Below, piece after piece: positions 38,511 to 49,990 of a DNA stretch of 64,000 bases. A program made the translations under genes and the position numbers. Within the stretch, counting starts at the first letter, position 1; every line of letters starts with the position of its first letter. The notes under the pieces were generated by a model. The model was given only the letters and a program-made list of their open reading frames with translations, had not been told where the DNA came from and made no database searches. The stretch is taken from contig OZ320322.1 of NCBI GenBank assembly GCA_976226885.1, positions 41,044,001 to 41,108,000 of the forward strand, in the 5' to 3' direction. Source of the stretch: Iphione sp. A-MEVVRFRX5. Taxonomy: Eukaryota.

Positions 38511-41500
38511 CGTTCACACGCGCAATGCTCTCGGGCAGTCTAGCTTGTACTAACTTGCATATACACATACGTATTTACTAGAAATTCTCATGTCGCAATA
38601 AGATGAGGGGGCATTATTTTCTTGACCGACCAGCAGACATATATATTCACAATCCACGTTTATGCTTACCCTGGATTCAATGTCAGTCAGTAGTTGATAC
38701 CCGAAATGATGTGCCACAATTTGCGTATCTTCCAGTGGTTCAAAAACCTGTTACAACACAAATATTCAAGTTTTATCGCAATTGTCAAAAAATATGGCAT
38801 TCTGCTCGGATGAGAGTCAGAAAAGGCCAAAGATATTGACTTTTGACGGTTTTTCCAGCCCCCCCCCCCCCGGCGATGGGTTAATTGTTAACTACCCAGG
38901 GAGGTTGCCGGAGGTTGGAGGAGGGGGAGGGGGTAGTGGGACCTCCCATTCGCCATGTAGCGACTTTGTCAGATGTTTAATTTGGTCACATTATTAAGAA
39001 CCATGGTTTCGACGCAAACGTATGTGCAGTCAACGACAATGCCGTATCCATATTATATTAGTACGAATCCATGTATGTGGTAACGTGTAGCACTTCCGCG
39101 TAACTGTTTAAAATTGTCACAACGATGCTTGACCGTGGAATACTCAACAGCCTAACAAACATGTCAGTAACGCTGCTGAGCTATGGGAACAGCAGCTTAC
39201 GGTTAAAAAAAAAACACGGCGGCGACCGGCAACCCTATCTCCCCTGCTGGGCTTTATAATTTTTATACAAATTCGGACATGTATGTACATGTAAATAGGG
39301 TTCTGATTATGTGGTTCGTTTCGAATTCTTTCTGTGAGTTCGTTTTCCAAGGAAGTGGGCAGTAGACGGATTGCTCAAGGAGATGAAAGGATGGCAGAGA
39401 GGGAAGTGTTTCAGTTCAGCTTGAGTTCAAAATGTGGGACGGAGATTTCACTTCTTAAAAGGTACGGACATAGCCGTCATTTCTTACAATCTACGTCAAA
39501 CTATAACCGACCCTAGGCAGTTAAAAAGGGCCTGATCTGGATGTGTTAGGAATGTTCAGACGGCTTCTGCCGTAGACCTGCCGAGGAGCGCTCTGGATGT
39601 TTGAGGCATGCGTATACCACACGTTTATATCACCCGCATCTCCCTACAGCCGAGTATCTGGTCTTATTAAGTATCAGAACTATGGACACTGCCTGGATAA
39701 TGACGTGTCGAGCACGATGGAAACCGAGATTATTTTTAAAAGATTGAAAAGATAGTATCCGGGCATTATGAATAGGATCCGTTCAAACAATTGAGTCATC
39801 GTCAACCAAGTGAACAACAATAGCAGCCAATATTGGAAGCGAACAAATCACCTGGCTTCGAGCACATTTTTTAAGAGGAGGGACGAGGGGGGGGGAATTC
39901 TTGCTGCATTATTGATGGTAATTACGTCCTGCCCGGCCAACCTGGAGACCTGGCCTCCGATGTATACGTGGTGTACGGCACGAACAGTCTTCAGCTTTTG
40001 GACACGATGAGAAACCGCTCTTGCCAGTCACTTATCGATCGTCACCATTCAGCCGCGGCCGGCCTCACGGTGGCGCCACCCGCTCCTCATTGAACAGGAA
40101 GCGGTATACTGCGGGACTATATTCTCCGTACCGGACCACTCTAAAAGTCGGCAATGCGGAGAAAACAGAAAAAAGCCTAAAGATACAGAGACAAAACATT
40201 AAATTAATTAGCATATATTATATACAGGTCTAAAAGAATTTGATAAATTCACAGCTATCATATTACCGAGTTTCCAGATTCTGCAATGTCAAAAAGGGAA
40301 GTGTACTTATGCAGTGTGTCACAATATCATTTATTACTGGGTTTGTGCTATAGGGCTCCAAAGCTTCACGGGAGTTCTACTTCCTGTTGTGGGAGGGGCT
40401 GGGCAAAGGCAGTCTTTTCTCACAATGCTTAACATATGGGGCCAGATCTTTCAATGTCTCTAGAGGATAAACTATTGTTCTGTTTTCTTTAAAATGTAAA
40501 GTGGTCATACATCTATCCCCTATCTATGAGTATGCAGAAGCATTTTACTGTAATCCTGTATTTTATATTTTGATAATTTTTTTTCAGATCAAAATATTCT
40601 GTATCCTTAAACCTATACACATTTCAAATTTTAGGCAAAAAGAAACCAAACTTATTGTTGTATAAACAGAAAATGATTTAGGTATAGGCATTTCCCATAG
40701 TACTGACTGGAGACATGTGCCCAGTTGGTTTGAATTTGCCACTTCTCGTGCAGGGAGCAGGACTTACTTTGGCACCCTATAAGCTCCCTAACCAGTTGGA
40801 CACTCGCCACGGTTAATTCCTTATTTGTAGAGCTGCCTCTGTGCTCCTGTACCCTGATGAACTAGTCTTATTGAGGCTTCATTTGTGTAGCGTGTTTTAT
40901 CAGTGTGGTGTTGTGAGAATTTACTCTTGCCTTTACCATATTCATAGTAATAAAATAGTAATGGAAATGGCATGGATCCTTGTTTCACCCAGTACATAAG
41001 CATAGAGAAACAGGTTCATACTGTTCATGGCCACAAAAACGGGGAGCCTTCTTAGTCTGAAATCATGCTACACGTGGATACACTACACAATACACATTAC
41101 ACATGTACATGGAAGCAGCCCGGTCTAGATAAGTATAGTTCCCGTAAAAATGCTGAAAAACATGCAGAATTGCCGTAAAGATTTGCATAGGCCTATATGG
41201 AAATTGAGCCTAATTCAGAATCAACAGCTACAGTGATTTCTTTTAGGAACAAAACTGAGCCAGTTGCTTCCTTAGCACTGTAGGAAACGGGCAAGTTGTA
41301 AGCGAACAATCTGCCGAAACTGGCTGGTAGTATACATGTATGCACAAGGAACATTTCCTTCTTGTGCTACCGAAGAAAAACAAGAATAATATTTCAATGA
41401 TGTCCATTCAAGGACCATCGTCCCTCAGACACTGTCCTATTAACTGTAGGGAGAGCTGCAGAAACCGTAAGGGAAAATCAATTCTCGACAAATATGTAAT

Positions 41501-44119
41501 ATGGGATGTAATGGTTCAAAAACAAATACAGTGCCACTCTATTGAGAAACCCACGCTACCTGCTATTCTTCTGAAGTGGTAGCACATTTGGTACTAATGG
41601 GACCAAATGTTGTCCCTTTTAAATATTCAAATGTCTAATATAAATCGAAATCGTATTGCTTTCCTGGCCTCACGTTGACTTCTCTACGAAACTGTCCTTT
41701 AAAGTAAAATGAACCTACCCTGTACAATGTTAAAAGCTGAAAGGTGCCTTTAAAAATAAAACGTCTAGTATTCTTGTCAAAAACCTGTATACCGGTAAAG
41801 TATGCATGTGCAACATGGTGGGAATAAATGGGATGGTCCTTTTCGGTAGATATTTAAGAACAAAACTCATATCAGTAATATGCGTTTTACAAGTGCAATT
41901 AACATATGTTACGTGTACAGTGGTTCTCACAAAAATATACATCGATTCAATGTGATGATATGAAACATACCAAATCACATGCCTTAACATTAGAAACTGA
42001 ACCGGAGTTACAAATTATATGCATATCTAATGTACATGTATATATATACCTACTGACGGCACGCACAGCCTCTTCGTTGGAAGTATAGCTAATGTGAATG
42101 TATAGTACCTAATCAGCAGGTGCCGTTTATTACGTATTGTTATAGGGTAACCAGTCTCTGATGAGGTTCACCCCATGTGATTCTCCGGGTAACCAGGACT
42201 GGGCTGTGTTACAACTGCATTAAACCGGCTCCATGTTTACGGCAGATATAACATCAAAGTTTAACAAAATAGCTTCAGACATCCCGCCCCAATCGATCGG
42301 CACTTAGCGGCCTAACAAGCCTCTACAATTTGAAGTCATGACAAAATGAATCATGCAGGAGAACATGAATTCGCGTTCAACTGGATGCGTTTGATTTTGC
42401 TTGTATTTTTAAAATGTGTTTTGTTAGTTGAGAATCTATCTGAACTTCCTTGCATCTCCAAGATGTGTGGGTAAAATCCACGTTCACACAAAACATAAAC
42501 TGCCAGACAAACACGTGCACACCTTCGTTAATTAACAACGTAAATACATGTGCACCTATATTTTCACATGAAAGTTGGATGTTAATTTGCGCTCTGTGTG
42601 GCTTCAGCCCTTCCTGCTTGCTTCTCTGGTCTCTAGGGGACGGTTCGTTCAGCTTCAATGAGTTTATGGAGCTTGTAGCCCGCAGTTCGGACACGGTTCG
42701 CCAGCTTCAGCAAGACGCCGAACTGCGCCAGGCCTTCGATGCACTGGACCGGAACGGCGACGGTTTCTTGACGGAGCGCGAGATCTACGAGGTCATGAGG
42801 ACGCTGGGCGAGGACGTCACCAAGGAGGAAGTCCGGCGGATAGTCAAGAACACCGACTTCAACGGTGATGGCAAGATTGAATACAGTGGTGAGAGTTGGG
42901 AGTTAAGTAGAGGGGTGTGGAGGACGACGTCTGGAGGGGGGAACGAAGGGTAGACGCAACGACGGAAGACTGGATGTCCGGTAAGGCCTAAACAAAAAAT
43001 AGCTGTGTTTCCGGTAATCCGACCGACCCTTATTTGGGTATTAATGTTAATTTTTATTTTTTTCTTGTTTTGTGAATATCTCTGCAATCAATAAGGGTAG
43101 AAACTCATATAATACACCATTGTGTTCCTTTTGCCATTAGCTTTCATTTGATATATATTTCATGAAGATATAACCATTAGAACATATATTACCAGATTGT
43201 TTTGTTGATGGGAGTATTATTTTACATTGAAAAAAAAGAGTAATAAATAAAATAATACCACCGACCTACCGACCCTACATTTTTTTCAGCTTGTTACCGG
43301 AAACACAGAACTTTTTTTTTAGGCCTAAAGATGTGGCGCCGGTCTCTCTTTTCTCTGTTTGGGACCAAAACGTTGGGTGCAGCAGGGAACCACCAAGCGA
43401 GGCGTATAAAAAAAAACTTTTGCGATTTATTATCGAAACACATTCTCTTGTTTTGTTAATAGCCATGTATACTCAATCCAATCATACAGGCATGATGTAA
43501 ACGTTACATTATTGCATCAATCATGCACTGACATACCGACTTATACGATACTGATTTGTATTAATCTTAATGTTAACTTGCGCACCCTGGCTAGGCTGTC
43601 TCCTTCCTGGTTCTCTGGCTTTTAGGGATGCTCAATCTGGACCCGGCACTAACCCTTAAGCTATCCCAACCCTATTACGAGCATAATGCGACAGGATCTC
43701 TGCAAGGTGATACACAAATTCCTTGTTACACAATTCCATTAATTATGTACTATTCTGAGGGTATGGTCACTTAATTTTATTCCCATGTGCAACAGATGGT
43801 CGCCCTTCTGGGAGAGAATGTCGCAAACATCATACAATCCCCTACACATCAAAGTAAAACCTCTTTGAAAGTGGATCAATGGTACAGGTGTGCTAATATT
43901 ATGATGAATGAGCGCTTAATCAAACTAAGGCCGTCACGTCGTGGTGAATATTTGAATGCTTGTGCTTTAAGTGCGACAGGTAGATCTCTATTGTAATCTC
44001 CTGAGTAAGCAAACCCAGAAAAAAAATGCTGTATGGCTCCACTGTTCATAACTTCCTTTTTTCTTCTTTTTTGCTTTTAAACAGAATTTGCTCGTGTTAT
44101 GAAGCAAGGCTACTGCTGA
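32038..44119 (+). CDS. Calmodulin-like four-EF-hand protein, 154 aa; join(32038..32040,33129..33159,34939..35082,42637..42888,44085..44119)
   Basis: All introns are GT-AG with matching phases; 465 nt open. MESEFTEREIAGLREVFAMFDKDGDGTISANEILTALQSTGSQVSEKDLNNLLTEYDADGDGSFSFNEFMELVARSSDTVRQLQQDAELRQAFDALDRNGDGFLTEREIYEVMRTLGEDVTKEEVRRIVKNTDFNGDGKIEYSEFARVMKQGYC*. About 40% identical to calmodulin by hand alignment, so a paralog rather than CaM itself. Confidence 0.92.
33129..33159 (+). CDS. CaM-like exon 2 (31 nt, ESEFTEREIA)
   Basis: tttcag| ... G|gtaagt; same length and phase as calmodulin exon 2. Confidence 0.88.
34939..35082 (+). CDS. CaM-like exon 3 (144 nt, EF1 and start of EF2)
   Basis: aacag| ... 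G|gtgagt; loop DKDGDGTISANE. Confidence 0.95.
37998..38382 (+). mobile_element. MITE copy 1 (one end truncated), inverted relative to copy 2
   Basis: Colinear with the reverse complement of 40349-40750, including the near-identical block atgttaagcattgtgagaaaagactgcct...aggaagtagaa; ends in ctttggtgccctata. Confidence 0.7.
38479..38508. repeat. (TG)n microsatellite
   Basis: Read directly. Confidence 0.95.
40349..40781 (-). mobile_element. MITE copy 2 with ~15-bp TIRs (TATAGGGYKCCAAAG)
   Basis: tatagggctccaaag at 40349 and ctttggcaccctata ending at 40781; non-coding AT-rich interior. Confidence 0.7.
42637..42888 (+). CDS. CaM-like exon 4 (252 nt, EF2 to EF4)
   Basis: ctctag| ... G|gtgaga; loops DRNGDGFLTERE and DFNGDGKIEYS(E). 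Confidence 0.95.
44085..44119 (+). CDS. CaM-like exon 5 coding part (EFARVMKQGYC*)
   Basis: Long polypyrimidine tract plus acag; supplies Glu12 of EF4; stop TGA at 44117-44119. Confidence 0.9.
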
Positions 44120-44895
44120 ACAACGAGTAACAGTAGACATGGAAATGACTCTGACGTGGTTCTGACCACACATACATACACACACACTACTTGCCTGTGA
44201 ATCATAGGACCAGCCCTGCTCACGTGACAAGGATTGATGCAAGGACTAGCTCGTCCAGTGACGATGATCAACCGTGGACATGCAACCCTTGTCTGACACT
44301 GCTCAAGAAAGGATAGCCTCCTGATATCTCAACCGACTGGAGGATTTCACTACTGTTTCCTAACCGTTTCCATCGCCTTTACACTAATACTTTTCATTAC
44401 TAAAGCACTGATGGTACATGGCCTGATTATTGCTCGGTGGGTCTGGCACAACCTTCAGTAGAAAATGGAGATGGTTGATGTATATCGACTATTGTGAATG
44501 TATCTACATTGCCTTTTTTCACTCCTTTACGTTCTTTAATTATGTACATACGTACCTTATAAGGCACATCTCTAGAGGTGAATTGAAAATTTGTGCTAGA
44601 TATATCACATTCACTGAAGGACTATTGACCACATCATTTTCTATTCCGCTGGCATTTTTTGTCAAGGATGACCTGCAGGATTGGGTCATTTTTTGTTCGA
44701 CGCTAACGTTACGTTTCCTTTTTTACGGGAAGCTAAACTAATTAGTTGCTGCTGCGATTTTAGCACCATTCATCATTCTGTAAATATCACTACATTTGTA
44801 CGACACAAACAATGGGAGATGGCTCCTGAGCGTGTAATCATTGTGCAGTGTCTTGGTGAGGCGCTTTCCGTCAGTGGCAGCAATATGAAGTAAAA

Positions 44896-44900
44896 AGAGA

Positions 44901-44936
<36 letters not shown>

Positions 44937-44960
44937 CAGAGACAGAGACAGAGACAGAGA
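44896..44960. repeat. (GA)n(GAGACA)n compound microsatellite
   Basis: Read directly. Confidence 0.95.
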
Positions 44961-47900
44961 CGCAGAGACCGACACCAATTTGATAAAGGTTCTTTCTGGG
45001 CACGGTGCACCTGAACTCCGGTATGGCCTACCGTGTTTTAAATCGTTGTAGTCCTAATCGAGGATATTCTCGCCGGACTGCTTCTGTGAGGAGTCATGCA
45101 GGACCACTCGAATGCCTGTGAGATAGCGCCTGAGAGGTCTGGTCACGATTCTCGAGTTGAATGAATGAATATGCCGGGCTAGCCTCTCCATCGGACCAAG
45201 GGTGGCATGCATATTATCATTGACCGTGTCTCATTTATCATATTAACTACAATCCTTGTCGTCCATCCTCTCAGGCTCCTCATGACCTTCCTCTTGGATA
45301 ATTTCGTGTTGAACCACTGTATCAATATCTTTATGCAAACAAAGACCTGCCTGTACAGTTGAACGCCCCTTGGCAGACATTTATCCAATGAAGCCTGCTT
45401 TCCATGTGTACAGATTTTTTTTCCAGACACCATGGTCGTCCGGAAATTTTTTGGGACTACCACAGATGACCACAGACACCCCCAGAGACAACCAAATCTG
45501 TTAAACCATGTGTTTTTTGTGCCAATCACAAGGAATTCGTAGCAAAGTGTTTTTTTTATGTAAATGACATGCAAATTAGAAAATATTTCACATCCAACAT
45601 ATGTTAGACAGTTTCTTTTAGTTTTCCCCTGAGAAACCTGTCGGATCCCTACCCTACTGGTCCATGGTACCATCTGGAGTTTGGAATCCAGGTACATTTA
45701 CAAACACTGTTTGTTTTCAATCTCCGGACCATTCTGGGTCACAGAACACAGAACACAGAACATGGACACTGAAACATGGAAGGAACACTGTTGTTTGTCA
45801 TTGTACAGTAAATACACACACATACGTGGAGTATGGGGAAAAATCCATAAACATGGAAAGTGTGCATAAGGCCATGTCCGAAATATGGATGATTTGGGCC
45901 AGAACTGATTTGTATTCCACAGTAAACCTTTTAAACAAGATGTCTGTAATCAGGACAACAATTTTCACCCAATGCTGCAAAAAATGTGTTAATGCTCACA
46001 CAGCTCTAATAGTATACCTGCAGCAGGGAAGTAGCAGCTTGAGAAGCCAAGCTTGTGTCATCAGCACGCTCCCATCCTGCCCCCCCCCCCTGCAGCAGGG
46101 AGAAAATAGCCGGCTGACTGAATGGGGAATGGTGGTTGGGAGTGAAGATGATGACCGTGACTCGACCTTCTGACTAGAGGGGCGTGGGTGGAAGTTGATG
46201 GGGGTGAAGGTCATGGCCCTCCAGCAAGCAGGTAGCAATCTTTGCCAAAGGTGCTTGTATAGTACAAAATGCAATTTGTTGTGATTTTAGACATATTTTA
46301 AAGGATGGAATTCACAGGAGTATTAAACACTGGGATTGGCTGCTTATCTTATCAGAAGAAGTTATTGCAGTAAGGCGCTGTCCCCATGTGCACAAGTTAT
46401 ACGTCCACCTGCTGTGGCATGGTCCGGGCTGTCCACTTCTCCCCACCACCTGGGGCAGGGCCTATCCCCATGTATATGAGTTATACACACTGTCTTTCTT
46501 GCCTTTGAAAACATGGAAAACACATGTTAGCTCTTAAAATTTGTTACTAATTTACATACCATTTTGTTGAAAGTGAGGCATATTGGTGGAAATTTCGTGT
46601 CTTTTTGTCAAAAGTGAGGCATATCAGTGGAAATTTTAAGTCTTTTTATGCAAATACAGTGGAAATAAGAACAAATTTTAAACATCAACACCATTTTGCA
46701 GATACTTTTACATACAGTTGAAACCCTATTTGCATCCCCCCCACATGGGACCAAGCTTAAGTGGTTGTATTGGCGAATTTGGTTGTAAATTGATGAAAAA
46801 TCCTATAGAAACTGTCATTTTTGTTCCCATCTTAAATGGTTGGAAATGGGATATGGTTGTTAATGTGGTCACAAATAGGGTCTCCACTGTGTCTTGAATG
46901 CCTCTTCTCTGCCCGCACAAGATAGCAGGGTCCAGGTGGACCAGACCAACATGATCGGTCTGCACACATCAGGTGGCTGGTCCGGACCATCCATGCACAT
47001 GGGGATATTTCTTTTTTCATACACTGGGTTAGATTTCCCACTCTCCATACACAAAGTGGCGGGTCTGGATAGTTTGTGCACATGAGGATAGTGCCTAAGA
47101 TATCACAATGAAGGGCACCTACAAGCCTAATTCGATCTTTCCTCATTGTGGATGTCATAGGCGTAAAATTAGATAACAATAGATGTTGTGTACTCAAATA
47201 AATACCCTTATTTGTAAGGTGTCTTTCAGGTAAGTTACAATGGAATTTTAAAGAAGGACTGTCTGGTCAATTAGGATTGATTGCATATGTATATGGTGTA
47301 TACAGTAAACATCCTATTTTTTGTGTTTTTGTAAACATCCTATTTATGAATAGCCTGGCAACTACGGACAACTCTTACTACAGACATAATTAGTACAGAC
47401 CCCAACAAAAGTCTTCTATATCATGTATAATACAGTCCAGCCACTACGGACACTTGGCCACAGTGTACATTCACCTGAGGACAGTTATTTTACAGTCTGA
47501 AAACCTCATTCTGCAAGATCTATTGCAAATGGAAGCAGGGTTTCTCACCACTTTGAGTAGTTTTAACACCCAGGAGATGTGCGAGTTCACTCCTGATGCC
47601 CTGAAGGAGGCAAAACTTCTCGCCTCTTTGAAGAGTCCTGACACTAGAGCAAGGTGTGAGCCCAGCTACAACGTGCACCGCCCTCTTCAGGTGGTCTCGC
47701 AGCAGTCCCAACGTTGTCCGTTGAACTGTCCCACCCTATAGCCCATCTAAATTGCGAGAGAAATAAACATTACATTTGAGGTACTGTACTAAAGTAGTCC
47801 TTATTAGGGAGGCTTCCATAAGGTAGTTCACCTGATATATCCCAACCCTATGTATTCCTCTATTTTGTCATCCAAACAAAACATGCATCCAGTGTAAACC

Positions 47901-49079
47901 AGCTATCAGTGCGTGCCCTCTGTATATAGAACATTATTTACATAAAATTGATTGCACTTCGATCTTCTGAGAGCTTTCAACATGTGAACTTGCTAGAGTG
48001 TATTTATAAATATGCCACTTTACAGTGGTGGAAAGGCGTATACGCAGGTTTAGCTTAGAACTGCCGGTTGTACACATCAGTACAGTGTACTGTTTTCATC
48101 CTCCATACTCCATTTAGCATAATATACAAAATGTAATATGATATGATACCGAGCATACACCGGCCTGTTTTAAAGTTCAGGCATGCCATTTGACAAACAA
48201 TGGACTTCGTGATTCAGTTATTTTGTCCATTGCGTGATGCGGGAATAAATGCGAACTTTGACTGTGATGTACCTTTTCTAATAGCGTTCCTTTTAAAATG
48301 CGAACATGGCCATTTGACTGCATGTAGTTTTCATTAAGCTGCACATTAGTTTAAAGGTAATCTCTCTATCTTGAGTATCCCCTACATTTAATTATAATAT
48401 TGATCCATTTTTTAAAAGGGGATATTTTTAGTAGAGGAAAATGCGGATAGGTAGAAATGCATTCACAACACTGCGAGCTGATACTGTTTGTAAAAAGTTT
48501 ACTTGAACAGATGCAGAGAAATTGTACATTATGTTGTGACGTACGAAAGCCGCTGTAAATTCTCCATCCATAGCGCCAGGATTGTGAAATTCCTGCATTT
48601 GTGCTCTGTTCCGCCGCTGAATGTGTGGGACTCATAATATACCATCATATCTAACCATATGTATCTCATTCTGTCTCACCTATATTCTCAGTATGACGTG
48701 TATGAAATTATTCCCACACCCCCAAATTGTGTTCATCGTGTTGGCATATCCGTGTCACCACCGTCAGACAGGCCATTTTTACGAAATCTAGTGATTTAAT
48801 TTCACTAGAATCCATAGTAGTTTAATAGCCGTTCTTTCAATCGAAACTCTGTTCTCTATCATGCTGCATCCGATCGACCTATTAGAAATGGATACTTAAT
48901 CTACTAGGTGTTGCAAATATAAAGGCTTTCTTATTGTAAAGCAGAGGTACAGGTCTTAACTTAAGAAGTTAAAGAATGACCCGCCTTCGTCATGTGGCTT
49001 ATTTTACCAGCAACTTCTTTTACAAAGAGTACATCGACAGGGACATAGTACCTGTGTTGTCTGCAGCATCAAATTTCAT

Positions 49080-49990
49080 CTCAGATGTATCTGTAGAAAA
49101 AAAGTATACTGGTCCGTATCCCTGGGTTAGGCTGTGTACACATGTATCCGTAAGAAAAAAACGTCTACGGATCCGTAGACGTAGGAAACCTCCTGGTTTG
49201 TTTATTCAGGGCCTTCTGATATGGATAGCAGATATCTTTTCACCATTGCCTCCTATGAGAAATGGATGAGTCTCCGTAAAAAATCCGTCGGCGACGGATC
49301 AGAAAACGGATACAGATCCGGATCCGTTTTCTAACGGATACATGTGCACAGACTAGTACAAGTGCTATGTGTGGTTAAAAAACGTCCACGGGTCCGTACC
49401 CGTTTTCCCGAAATACGGATACATGTGTACACCGCCTTAGGCTGTGTACACATGTATCCGTAAGAAAAAAACGTCTACGGATCCGTAGACGTAGGAAACC
49501 TCCTGGTTTGTTTATTCAGGGCCTTCTGATATGGATAGCAGATATCTTTTCACCATTGCCTCCTATGAGAAACGGATGAGTCTCCGTAAAAAATCCGTCG
49601 GCGATGGATCAGAAAATGGATACGGATCCGGATCCATTTTGTAACGGATACATGTGCACAGACTAGTACAAGTGCTATGGGTGGTTAAAAAACGTCCACG
49701 GGTCCGTACCCGTTTTCCCGAAATACGGATACATGTGTACACCGCCTTACCTCCTGTTGTGCATATTCTAAATGGTTACATATATATCCCAGATGTATCT
49801 TCAACATTGTTTCCTATGAGAAATGGATGGGTATCCGTGAAAAATCCGGCAGATTCAGAAAACATCTACGGATCCGTATCCGTTTTGAACGGACCCATGT
49901 GAACCCTTTAGATATAATACTACAGTCTTGAAAAAATCAGTCCACGGGTCCGTATCCATTTTCGGAAAATACGGATACATCTGAACGGCG
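49080..49990. mobile_element. Cluster of related palindrome-rich MITEs (PIF/Harbinger-like ends) with a 310-bp tandem duplication
   Basis: TIR pair GGCTGTGTACACATGTATCCGT / ACGGATACATGTGCACAGAC. Units 49127-49436 and 49437-49746 differ at about 7 sites. More diverged ends lie at 49770-49990. Superfamily is inferred from the GGC termini and TTA flanks. Confidence 0.7.

Noticed and set aside
42151-42203. CTGATGA followed by a stem, resembling a hammerhead
   Set aside because: The required GAAA after stem II is absent (AGGAC).
42450-42636. N-terminal part of the 167-aa ORF
   Set aside because: Intronic read-through upstream of the acceptor at 42636; only 42637-42888 is exon.
45080-45170. CTGTGAG-GAGT...ACTC-GAAT followed by a (TGAA)n tail
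   Set aside because: Two core hammerhead positions are wrong; more likely the 3' end of an old SINE or LINE, with too little sequence to call.
45179-47741. ORFs of 172, 169, 121 and 95 aa
   Set aside because: No motifs recognised and no consistent exon chain; treated as chance ORFs or decayed repeats.
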